Of a DNA stretch of 64,000 nucleotides, positions 26,810 to 40,794 are shown piece after piece. The notes under the pieces are model-generated. The model did not search any database, was not told the origin of the DNA, and was given only the letters and a program-made list of their open reading frames with translations. Every line of letters starts with the position of its first letter. The stretch's first letter is position 1. A program made the position numbers and the translations under genes. Origin of the DNA: Eledone cirrhosa (taxonomy: Eukaryota); contig OZ024756.1 of the NCBI GenBank assembly GCA_964016885.1, forward strand, positions 27,838,001 to 27,902,000. The letters are read 5' to 3'.

Positions 26810-29622
26810 TGTGTGTTCTCTGTCTCCCCCGTCCGGCAAGAAAGGGGTCGAAACACACACATACACAAACGTGTGTGAGATAGTGAGAGAGAGTGTGTGT
26901 GTGTCTGTGTGTGTATGTTCTCTGTCCGGCAAGAAAGGGGTCGAAACACACACAAACGAGTGTGAGACAGAGAGAGAGAGAGAGTATGTGTGTGTGTGTA
27001 AGTGTTCTCTGTCTCCCCCGTCCGGCAAGAAAGGGGTCGAAACACACACAAACGAGTGTGAGACAGAGAGAGAGAGAGTATACGTGTGTGTGTAAGTGTT
27101 CTCTGTCTCCCCCGTCCGGTAAGAAAGGGGTCGAAACACACACAAACGAGTGTGAGACAGAGAGAGAGAGTATGTGTGTGTGTGTAAGTGTTCTCTGTCT
27201 CCCCCGTCCGGCAAGAAAGGGGTCGAAACACACACAAACGAGTGTGAGACAGACAGAGAGAGAGAGAGTATGTGTGTGTGTGTAAGTGTTCTCTGTCTCC
27301 CCCGTCCGGTAAGAAAGGGGTCGAAACACACACAAACGAGTGTGAGACAGAGAGAGAAAGAGTATGTGTGTGTGTGTAAGTGTTCTCTGTCTCCCCCGTC
27401 CGGCAAGAAAGGGGTAAGAAAGGGGTCGAAACACACACAAACGAGTGTGAGACAGAGAGAGAGAGAGTATGTGTGTGTGTGTAAGTGTTCTCTGTCTCCC
27501 CCGTCCGGCAAGAAAGGGGTCGAAACACACACAAACGAGTGTGAGACAGACAGAGAGAGAAAGATTATGTGTGTGTGTGTAAGTGTTCTCTGTCTCCCCC
27601 GTCCGGTAAGAAAGGGGTCGAAACACACACAAACGAGTGTGAGACAGAGAGAGAGAGAGTATGTGTGTGTGTGTAAGTGTTCTCTGTCTCCCCCGTCCGG
27701 CAAGAAAGGTGTCGAAACACACACAAACGAGTGTGAGACAGAGAGAGAGAGAGAGTATGTGTGTGTGTGTAAGTGTTCTCTGTCTCCCCCGTCCGGCAAG
27801 AAAGGGGTCGAAACACACACAAACGAGTGTGAGACAGAGAGAGAGAGAGAGTATGTGTGTGTGTGTAAGTGTTCTCTGTCTCCCCCGTCCGGTAAGAAAG
27901 GGGTCGAAACACACACAAACGAGTGTGAGACAGAGAGAGAGAGAGAGAGAGTATGTGTGTGTGTGTAAGTGTTCTCTGTCTCCCCCGTCCGGTAAGAAAG
28001 GGGTCGAAACACACACAAACGAGTGTGAGACAGAGAGAGAGAGTATGTGTGTGTGTGTAAGTGTTCTCTGTCTCCCCCGTCCGGCAAGAAAGGGGTCGAA
28101 ACACACACAAACGAGTGTGAGACAGAGAGAGAGAGTATGTGTGTGTGTGTAAGTGTTCTCTGTCTCCCCCGTCCGGTAAGAAAGGGGTCGAAACACACAC
28201 AAACGAGTGTGAGACAGAGAGAGAGAGAGAGTATGTGTGTGTGTGTGTAAGTGTTCTCTGTCTCCCCCGTCCGGCAAGAAAGGGGTCGAAACACACACAA
28301 ACGAGTGTGAGACAGAGAGAGAGAGAGTATGTGTGTGTGTGTAAGTGTTCTCTGTCTCCCCCGTCCGGCAAGAAAGGGGTCGAAACACACACAAACGAGT
28401 GTGAGACAGAGAGAGAGAGAGAGTATGTGTGTGTGTGTAAGTGTTCTCTGTCTCCCCCGTCCGGCAAGAAAGGGGTCGAAACACACACAAACGAGTGTGA
28501 GACAGAGAGAGAGAGTATGTGTGTGTGTGTAAGTGTTCTCTGTCTCCCCGGTCCGGTAAGAAAGGGGTCGAAACACACACAAACGAGTGTGAGACAGAGA
28601 GAGAGAGAGAGTATGTGTGTGTGTGTAAGTGTTCTCTGTCTCCCCCGTCCGGTAAGAAAGGGGTCGAAACACACACAAACGAGTGTGAGACAGAGAGAGA
28701 GAGTATGTGTGTGTGTGTAAGTGTTCTCTGTCTCCCCCGTCCGGTAAGAAAGGGGTCGAAACACACACAAACGAGTGTGAGACAGAGAGAGAGAGAGAGT
28801 ATGTGTGTGTGTGTAAGTGTTCTCTGTCTCCCCCGTCCGGTAAGAAAGGGGTCAAAACACACACAAACGAGTGTGAGACAGAGAGAGAGAGTATGTGTGT
28901 GTGTGTGTAAGTGTTCTCTGTCTCCCCCGTCCGGTAAGAAAGGGGTCGAAACACACACAAACGAGTGTGAGACCGAGAGAGAGAGAGTATGTGTGTGTGT
29001 GTAAGTGTTCTCTGTCTCCCCCGTCCGGTAAGAAAGGGGTCGAAACACACACAAACGAGTGTGAGACAGAGAGAGAGAGAGTATGTGTGTGTGTGTAAGT
29101 GTTCTCTGTCTCCCCTGTCCGGTAAGAAAGGGGTCGAAACACACACAAACGAGTGTGAGACAGAGAGAGAGAGTATGTGTGTGTGTGTAAGTGTTCTCTG
29201 TCTCCCTCGTCCGGCAAGAAAGGGGTCGAAACACACACAAACGAGTGTGAGACAGACAGAGAGAGAGAGAGTATGTGTGTGTGTGTAAGTGTTCTCTGTC
29301 TCCCCCGTCCGGTAAGAAAGGGGTCGAAACACACACAAACGAGTGTGAGACAGACAGAGAGAGAGAGAGTATGTGTGTGTGTGTAAGTGTTCTCTGTCTC
29401 CCCCGTCCGGTAAGAAAGGGGTCGAAACACACACAAACGAGTGTGAGACAGAGAGAGAGAGAGTATGTGTGTGTGTGTAAGTGTTCTCTGTCTCCCCCGT
29501 CCGGTAAGAAAGGGGTCGAAACACACACAAACGAGTGTGAGACAGAGAGAGAGAGTATGTGTGTGTGTGTAAGTGTTCTCTGTCTCCCCCGTCCGGTAAG
29601 AAAGGGGTCGAAACACACACAT
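26810..29622. repeat. Minisatellite, unit about 92-98 bp, about 30 copies
   Basis: Unit TAAGTGTTCTCTGTCTCCCCCGTCCGGYAAGAAAGGGGTCGAAACACACACAAACGAGTGTGAGACA(GA)nGTA(TG)n. Confidence 0.97.
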
Positions 29623-29811
29623 GCCAACCAAACAACCAACTAAACAAGAAACCCTCCCATATTGTTCCAATGTGCTGTTCGACTACTGACTGCCCGCTAG
29701 CTTATGTGATTTCATATATATACATATACATGTTATTCTTAAACTTCACAGAGAGGCGAAAACAACCACCTGTCTACCTGTTTACCTGTCTAGCTAGCTA
29801 CCCATCTATCC

Positions 29812-29856
<45 letters not shown>

Positions 29857-29857
<1 letters not shown>

Positions 29858-30431
29858 GTGGAACGACTATTGTCGCGGGTGGGACCAATCCAGTTGACCA
29901 CCGAGTCCATTGTCATGATCAAACCGCCACCCTCCTTCAAAAACGAAGGAGAGGCGGTTTTCCTTTGTGTGATAGCTATGGCGAAAGAGGTTGTATGGTG
30001 GACAAGGTTGAAAGGGCTGAGGTCAGACACCTTTCTCTCCGGCCAACAACTGATTCTTTTTTTCAAATACCACTTTGGAAGAAGAATCAGGATGGAGAGA
30101 GAGGTGCTGTACCCCAGCAAGTTTTATGAAAGGTGGGTGAAAGTGGCGAGAATGGCCCGAGTGAATGGGCCTTCTCTCTATATCAGCCTGTAGGTTGAGG
30201 AAAAGGAGGAGGAGAGGAAAGGAGTACAAGCTCTTCGTACTCCTGGAGATGAGGGTTGCACATTTCTTTCGGGGGTCTGTGTTACCCATATAAACTGTCT
30301 CCCTCTATTGGGGAAAATCGACTAACTTTTAAATTCCATCTGTGATAACATTTTACACGTTTTTATTGTATGTAAACTTCCCCCTTTGTATTTGTCCCCT
30401 TCTTTTGTGCCCCTGTGGCTAATAAAGAAAT
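29857..30431 (+). mobile_element. Tx1/L1-like LINE 3' end inserted in (TATC)n
   Basis: ..AKEVVWWTR..FYERWVKVARM..* ORF2-type C-terminus; the 3'UTR ends GTGGCTAATAAAGAAAT; TATC repeats on both sides. Confidence 0.65.
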
Positions 30432-30456
30432 ATATCTATCTATCTATCTATCAGAA

Positions 30457-30499
<43 letters not shown>

Positions 30500-30503
30500 A
30501 GAA

Positions 30504-30581
<78 letters not shown>

Positions 30582-30584
<3 letters not shown>

Positions 30585-30837
30585 GTTTATAAGCCTGTAG
30601 GTTGAGGAAGAGAGCAAAAGGAAGAAAGGGGCACTTGCACAACACGCTCCTGGAGTTGAGGGTTGCTCTATCGACGGGGTATTAAACAACCCATTTGTGG
30701 CGCCTCCCCCCTATTGGGGATTTCGATTGTTGAATTGTTTGTTTTTTATATTTTTTACACGACTGTATGTGAAATCCCCGGCATGTCTTTGTTTTGTCCC
30801 CTTTTCTTGTGCGCCCTTGTGGCTAATAAAGAAATAT
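30582..30837 (+). mobile_element. Second Tx1-like 3'UTR fragment
   Basis: Shares AGCCTGTAGGTTGAGGA..CCCTATTGGGGA..GTGGCTAATAAAGAAATATATC with the preceding copy. Confidence 0.65.
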
Positions 30838-30849
30838 ATCAAAGAAACA

Positions 30850-31500
30850 TATCTACCTACCTACATACATTCATACATACATATCTACCTACCTACCTAC
30901 CTACCTACCTACCTACCTACCTACCTACCTACCTACCTACCTACCTACCTACCTACCTACCTACCTACCTACTTACCTACCTACCAACCTACCAACCTAC
31001 CTACCTACCTACCTACCTACTTACCTACCTACCTACTTACCTACCTACCTACCTACCTACCTACCTACCTACCTACCTACCTACCTACCTACCTACCTAC
31101 CTACTTACCTACCTACCTACTTACCTACCTACCTACCTACCTACCTACCTACCTACCTACCTACCTACCTACCAACCAACCTACCTACCAACCTACCTAC
31201 CTACCTCCCTACCTCCCTATCAACCTACCTACCTACCTACCTACCTACCTACCTACCTACCTACCTACCTACCTACCTACCTACCTACCTACCTACCTAC
31301 TTACCTACCTACCAACCTACCTACCTAGCTACCTACCTACCTACCTACCTACCTACCTACCTACCTACCTACCTACCTACCTACCTACTTACCTACTTAC
31401 CAACCTACCTGCCTACTTACCTACCTACCTACCTACCTACCTACCTACCTACCTACCTACCTACCTACCTACCTACCTACCTACCTACCTACCTACCTAT
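30850..31500. repeat. (CTAC)n microsatellite
   Basis: Direct reading. Confidence 0.97.
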
Positions 31501-31504
31501 CTAT

Positions 31505-31716
31505 CAGTCCTACACCATCTTGTTTTTGTGGTGTAAGACAGAACAAAGGAAGGGCCCAAAACAAAAACCTACTCACCAAGGAGGTCACAGATGTGTGACG
31601 AAAGAGCTTTGACAATATATAAACAACCTTCCGGTTATCGAACCAACCAACCGGAAATTTATAATAAATTGAAGTGAAAAGCAACAGGCAGCAAGACCTT
31701 CCCAAAGTATAACAAT
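31505..31716 (+). mobile_element. Penelope-like short element with a decayed hammerhead (31572-31613)
   Basis: tca CCAAGGA GGTCACAGATGTGTGAC GAAAGAGCTTTGAC; homologous to 855-1125; short inverted piece at its 5' end. Confidence 0.65.
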
Positions 31717-31797
31717 ATATATATATATATTGTATTTATAAAAGGAATTCCAACTTTGTCTGATTAACTCGTTTTATTTACAATCCTTTAAAATTAT

Positions 31798-31988
31798 AAT
31801 TGTTTCTACTTTTGGCACAAGGCCAGCAATTACCCAGTACATTACTGGTACTTTATTTTATCAACCCCCGTAAGGATGAAAGGCAAAGTTAACCTCGGCG
31901 GGATTTGAACTCAGACTATAAAGAGCCGTAACTCTTTGCTGCAAAGCATGGCGTTCGACCCTCTACCGATACTGCCAATCCACCACCC
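31798..31988 (-). mobile_element. tRNA-type SINE (family A), full length
   Basis: Consensus match; flanked by TTTAAAATTATAAT on both sides (probable TSD). Confidence 0.88.
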
Positions 31989-32168
31989 TATCGTTTAAAA
32001 TTATAATGATATTATAATGATATTATAATGATATTATAATGATATTATAAGGATATTATAATGAAATAGTGTGGTAGAATATTAAATGTTAAATGTTAAT
32101 TGAACAAGTACTTTCATGCTTTCGCAATCTTCAGGTTCATATTCAGTTGGTGACAGTCAAGTTTGCAA

Positions 32169-32242
<74 letters not shown>

Positions 32243-32244
<2 letters not shown>

Positions 32245-32432
32245 ACGAAGGAAGTGTGGTAAGGAACCAGGTGGACCATAACGTACCAGAGTACTAAATA
32301 CTTAGGATAGTAGAGTGGGTAATAGGAAAAGAGTCAGGAGCTCGATGGCTGAGCTCCGGCCGTTTCGACAGCTAATTCAGACCTAGCAGGCGAAACGGCC
32401 GGAGCTGAGCCGTCGGGATCCTGACCTTTTTC

Positions 32433-32435
<3 letters not shown>
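32243..32435 (-). mobile_element. Penelope-like short element (family F) with inverted hammerhead 3' half
   Basis: GAAAC-GGC-cggagctca-GCC-GTC on both strands. Other copies at 1709-1790, 36228-36732 (three) and 54088-54298. Confidence 0.7.
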
Positions 32436-32507
<72 letters not shown>

Positions 32508-32578
32508 CGCTCTCATAGAGCAGAGTATGATATCACAGAAAAAAAGAGAATCAGTGTTGCGACGAATGGAATTTATTG

Positions 32579-32674
32579 GACATATTACAATCGTTTCTCT
32601 GGCGACCAGCTCGAGGCGCGATCGATGAGATGATCGAACCTGACTCTGAAAATCGCAAGGTCTTCAGATATGTC
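32579..32674 (-). ncRNA. Type-I hammerhead ribozyme motif with extended stem II
   Basis: GACAUAU CUGAAGA [63-nt stem II] GAAAC GAUU GUA AUAUGUC; 7-bp stem I. Inverted partial copy at 32684-32767. Confidence 0.85.
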
Positions 32675-32758
32675 TTGATTCTACGAGCTGGTCGCCAGAG
32701 AAACCATTGTAATATGTCCAATAAATTCCATTCGTCGCACCACTGATTCTCTCTTTTT

Positions 32759-32848
<90 letters not shown>

Positions 32849-32849
32849 C

Positions 32850-32906
<57 letters not shown>

Positions 32907-33039
32907 TACTTTTTGTTCACCAAAGTGAGCACTCGATGCGTAGTCTCCAGTATGTATATTAGGGTTGTATTAAGCAGAGTGTAATATTAATAATAAGTAT
33001 GGACGAAGTGCCAAATTTTCATTAAGTTTATTCAGGCGT

Positions 33040-33118
33040 GACGTACGTTTCACACTTGATCAGTTCAAGGTTCAATCTCTAATGACCAGGCCCGACTCTG
33101 GAATCAAAAGCTCTTCGG
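33040..33118 (-). ncRNA. Extended-stem-II hammerhead motif, degenerate (CCGAAGA core, stem I 5' strand lost)
   Basis: CCGAAGA GCUUUUGAU..AUCAAGUGU GAAAC GUAC GUC followed by AAUAAA. Confidence 0.65.
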
Positions 33119-33618
33119 GTTTCTTTTAGTTTAATATATATTCTCTATTACTCTATTACGTGTTCCAGCCGACAAGCTGAGGCCATGATGGGGCATATAT
33201 ACTGGGGATTTACAACTTTTTTTTTTTACAAACGAAGAAAAATGTACTCAATACATGAAATAAAGTTTATATATTTTATTAGGAGCTGAATTTTCTTTCT
33301 TCGTTATAATGAGTTCCGCGTTAAGGACTATGTTATATTGGGGTCGATTCATCCTTACGAGGTCGATAAAATAAGGTACCAGTCGTGCACTGGGGCATAT
33401 TTAATCGACTTTCCCCCTCCCCCCCAAATTGATGGCCTTGTTCCTATATAAGAAACCATTAAATCCCGCCGAGGTTAACTTTGCCTTTCATCCTTACGGG
33501 GGTCGATAAAATAAAGTACCAGTAATGCACTGGTGATGATTGCTGGCCTTGTGCCAATAGTAGAAACAATTATATTTATGTACACACATCTATAAATTTG
33601 TAGCTACAATAACGAACA

Positions 33619-33673
<55 letters not shown>

Positions 33674-34017
33674 GGAGAGAGAGAGAGGGGGGGGAGAAAG
33701 AAAGAGCGAGCGGGGAGAAAGAAAGACCGAAAGAGCGAGGGAGAGAGAGAGAGAGAGAGACCGACAGACAGACTTACTGACAGACAGAGTGACTGAAGAG
33801 ATATAGCCAGGGCGGGCGGATCACGTTACTCGTTCTTGTATGGGACACCTATCTGATATTTTCTTAACTAAAGTCATGTCGTGAATGTAACTTAACTGTG
33901 GTCAGACATACTTCACATACTGCCTTCAATTCCTTCACGTTTGACCCATAAATTATTGATCCTGTTCATTGATTGACCATACTTTGAGAGATTACAACTT
34001 GTTCCGACGTCTCTCTC

Positions 34018-34064
<47 letters not shown>

Positions 34065-34072
34065 AGACACAG

Positions 34073-34114
<42 letters not shown>

Positions 34115-34314
34115 CACGATAAATTAACGGAGGCATAGGCCGTTATTTACGCTTTAATTTATATTTTTAATTATCGTGTCTATAGTCTGCCTTTCATAGG
34201 TTATAGATTCCATACACTGGTGGTTTTTTCCCTGTATTATTGATAATGCACTATATATCTCTCTCTGGTGTGTTACCTTCTCAACATATTATATATATAT
34301 AGATATATATGTAA

Positions 34315-34369
<55 letters not shown>

Positions 34370-34490
34370 GCACATATATCTATACCCATTTATAAAACAA
34401 TAAGGTAAGTGACTTTGTTTTAAACTTTATTTACACACCTGTATTTTAGCGTCATGTTTCCGATATCTGCATATCTATATCTATATACTA

Positions 34491-34582
<92 letters not shown>

Positions 34583-34593
34583 AGCATATATCT

Positions 34594-34625
<32 letters not shown>

Positions 34626-34728
34626 GCTACAATATACATATGTATATATAAATATCTGTATATGTATATATATGTATATGTATACACAAACACACACACA
34701 CACACACATACACATGTATATGTATACA

Positions 34729-34795
<67 letters not shown>

Positions 34796-35175
34796 GTTAT
34801 AATGATTTCTTTATTAGCCACAGAAGAAAGTGGTGGTGTTGCAGAAAGAATTGTAACCAGGTTTGATCAATAAATTCTTGATGTAACACCCAGACTTTGT
34901 TCTTATTATATACACAGTGTTCTAGCATTGAGTGCTGACTTTGGCTTCCTCACCAGTTCTCTACGGTTTTACTTAACCTTTTGTGCGTGTGTGTAGTTTA
35001 TTACGGCTAAGCCACTGGCTTGTTACTTAGAAGTTTCCCGTACATGGTGTAAATTTCTTGATGAAATTTCAGGCAGCTTCCGTCAACTCGATATAACTTA
35101 TATGAAAGATGCCACGGTCACTTGGCTATACACACGCACACGCATTAGATATATATCTTGTCATTTCTTGGACTA

Positions 35176-35231
<56 letters not shown>

Positions 35232-35291
35232 CAGCCTCCAAAAGTAATGGTTGTATTTTAAAGGGTACGTCAAACTTATTTGTAAAACTGT

Positions 35292-35356
35292 TATTTTGTC
35301 TGATGAAGGCATACCATAATTTAATGTGGTATCCCTGAAATATGTATAATGAAATA
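35292..35356 (+). ncRNA. Type-I hammerhead ribozyme motif
   Basis: UAUUUUGU CUGAUGA aGGcAUACCAUA..UGUGGUAUcCCU GAAA UAUGUA UA AUGAAAUA; same family as 16886. Confidence 0.8.
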
Positions 35357-35468
35357 AATATGGTTTTATAAATATAGTTTCCATTTATTAATATCGTATA
35401 TATATATATATATGAAGGACAAACTTTTTTCATATGTAACCCATTTGCAACTCCGCAGCGCCCTTATT

Positions 35469-35543
<75 letters not shown>

Positions 35544-35683
35544 CTTACCACACTTCCTTCGTTTTTTATATATATATATATATATATTAAATTCAAATAT
35601 TAATAAAATAGATGTTCTTGTGATCAATTAAATTTTATTATACCTATTTCAGAGGTACTTGAATCAGTTCAATAGAAAGTACT

Positions 35684-35742
<59 letters not shown>

Positions 35743-35829
35743 GGAGGTGAGTTTTTATTGTAGTACAATAAAGCAATGCAGATATCGGATAAGAAGCACT
35801 CTACAGTTTGTAGGACTGGAGTATACATA

Positions 35830-36158
35830 ATATAAGATCAAAAGATGGTTAAAGGAGTTCCATGTATTTTATTATGCGCATTTCAAAAACAAACATCATC
35901 ATGCAATAATATTTGTGTTTTCATCAGATAAAACAGGAGAACATGATATGAAGGCTAAAAAACACTTGTGGATAGTGCAGTTTTAAATCAACGTATGATA
36001 TGTTGATTTAAAACTGCACTATCCATAAGTGTTTTTTTAGCCTTCATATCATGTTCTCCTGTTTTATCTGATGAAAACACAAATATTATTGCATGATGAT
36101 GTTTGTTTTTGAAATGCGCATAATAAAATACATGGAACTCCTTTAACCATCTTTTGAT

Positions 36159-36165
<7 letters not shown>
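35830..36165. mobile_element. Near-perfect palindrome (arms about 165 bp), each arm carrying a hammerhead
   Basis: 35830-35993 is the reverse complement of about 36000-36164; the right arm ends in (TA)n. Confidence 0.92.
36060..36130 (+). ncRNA. Type-I hammerhead ribozyme motif (identical mirror at 35865-35935 on minus)
   Basis: UGUUUUAU CUGAUGA aaacACAAAUAUUAUU-GCAU-GAUGAUGUUUGUuuuu GAA AUGCGCAU A AUAAAAUA. Confidence 0.88.
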
Positions 36166-36229
<64 letters not shown>

Positions 36230-36398
36230 CGAAGGGAGTGTGGTAAGCAACCAGGTGGACCATAACGCACCAGAGTACTCGATACTTAGGGTAGTAGAGT
36301 GGGTAATAGGAAAAGATCTGAACTGTCTGTATAGATATCCCGTTCAGATCTAGCTGTCGAAACGGCCGGAGCTCAGCCGTCGGGGTCCTGACTCTTTT

Positions 36399-36445
<47 letters not shown>

Positions 36446-36770
36446 CGTATGAGGTGTGGTAAGGAACCAGGTGGACCATAACACACCAGAGTACTCAATA
36501 CTTAGGGTAGTAAGAGTGGGAAATAGGAAATAGGGATCATACTTTTTCCTATATATATATATATATATTATATATATAACGTATGAGGTGTGGTAAGGAA
36601 CCAGGTGGACCATAACACACCAAAGTACTCAATACTTAGGGTAGTAGAGTGGGTAATAGGAAAATGAACTGGAGTCCAGAAATAGCCCCCTCGAAACGGC
36701 TTGAGCTCTGCCGTCGGGGTCAAACATTTTCCTATAAATATATATATATATATATATTTAATATAGAAAT

Positions 36771-39124
<2,354 letters not shown>

Positions 39125-39627
39125 AAACAGACACGACGCCCCGTAGGGCCTAAGGTAGGGAGAGTACTTCTCTGAAGACCTACAGTTCAGCTCTCCTGGG
39201 AGTTTCTTACTACTAAGGGAAAGAACTCATCATGTAAATATGAAATGTATGTTTGTTTGTGTCTGTGTGTTCAGCATTGTAAGTATTTTATATAGACATT
39301 TGTATTTAATTGTGGTGGTATGTTCAGTATAAGAAATATCTGGTGTTATGCGGTGATATCTAATATAAAGATTTGAATTTAAGTGTTAGGCTTGAGTAGT
39401 ATAGCTGTTGTGTGGTTATGTAAGTATGGAAAATAGAAAACTTATATACAAAGTATAGAAATTAATGTGAAAGTTGTTGAAGGCCTGGTGAATTTTTCTT
39501 CCCGAACTACCAAAACACATCTATTTGTATCGATCGACTTTCATCAAATCGGACCGAGGGAACAATGTTTCCGTTGGTCTTTCCAATTGCTAATACTATC
39601 TATCGGTCGCAACTCCAGGTAGAAGGA

Positions 39628-39741
39628 GCAACGTGAAATAAAGTGTCTTGCTCAAGGACATAACTCATCGCCCGGTCCAGAAATCGAACTTACAACCTCA
39701 AGATTTTGAATCCAATTCTCTAACCACTCAGCCACACGCCT
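39628..39741 (-). mobile_element. CORE-type tRNA SINE fragment
   Basis: Minus strand GGCGTGTGGCTGAGTGGTTAGAG..GTTCGATT..TGTCCTTGAGCAAGACACTT. Confidence 0.75.
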
Positions 39742-39869
39742 TCACTTCTATTTGTATATGCGCTACAATTTATGTACATGTTATGTTTATCGCATATAGA
39801 GGTTTTTTTTTTTTTTTATCTTCTTTGGCCGAGTTTACACTCACAAATATTCAGCACGCTCTTTCCAAT

Positions 39870-40178
39870 CATCGAGTATGACATTTCCCAGTTCATCGAT
39901 GTTATCAATGTTGGCATCTCTGAGCAGGGTATCAATGAATGAGACGGCCTGTCTTCGCACGCTTCTTCATCCGACCATCAGTTTCCAGAGCACAAGTTGT
40001 GATACTATCTCTTCTGGATGACGGATGCAGTGCTCAGCCAGTTTCATTCGTCTGCAGGCAACTCTTTTTGAGACTGGTGGTAGTGAGCTGTATAGTTCCT
40101 TATTTGTCAGCTTCTGTTTCCAAGAAATGTTGAGAGCCATTCTCCACATCCTCGTGTAACATCTGTCAAGTCTCTTGT
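39870..40178 (-). mobile_element. RTE-clade LINE 3' fragment
   Basis: RLDRCYTRMWRMALNISWKQKLTNKELY..RRMKLAEHCIRH. Confidence 0.8.
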
Positions 40179-40189
40179 TAATATTTGAT

Positions 40190-40365
40190 AATTGTTTCTA
40201 CTTTAGGCACAAGGCCAGCAATCACCCAGTGCATTACTGGTACTTTATTTTATCGACCCCGTAAGGATGAAAGGCAAAGTCAACCTCGGCGGGATTTGAA
40301 CTCAGATCATAAAGGGACGTAACTATGCTGGAAAGCATGGCGTCCGACCCTCTACCGATACTCCC
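40190..40365 (-). mobile_element. tRNA-type SINE (family A)
   Basis: Consensus match. Confidence 0.85.
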
Positions 40366-40583
40366 AATAATAACAGCTAAACTAATCACTACAACTAAAT
40401 TGACCAAATTCTTCAAATCCCCTCTCACCCCGCCGCCCCCATTCAGAAATGCTTCCACCGCCCCTATTTATTAAGTGCTTCCACTTAGAAAGGATTGATA
40501 CAGATCGAACCTTGAGCTGATCAATAGCGAAACGCGCGTCATCAATCAATAAACGTATTGAAGGCTTAACAAATCGGCCTTGT

Positions 40584-40651
<68 letters not shown>

Positions 40652-40665
40652 TACATATACATATA

Positions 40666-40764
<99 letters not shown>

Positions 40765-40794
40765 ATTTATACATGCATGTACGTATGTATTTAT

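Noticed and set aside
26517-29670. ~1000-aa repetitive ORFs or a possible CRISPR array
   Set aside because: Tandem minisatellite with no unique spacers and no cas genes, in eukaryotic context.
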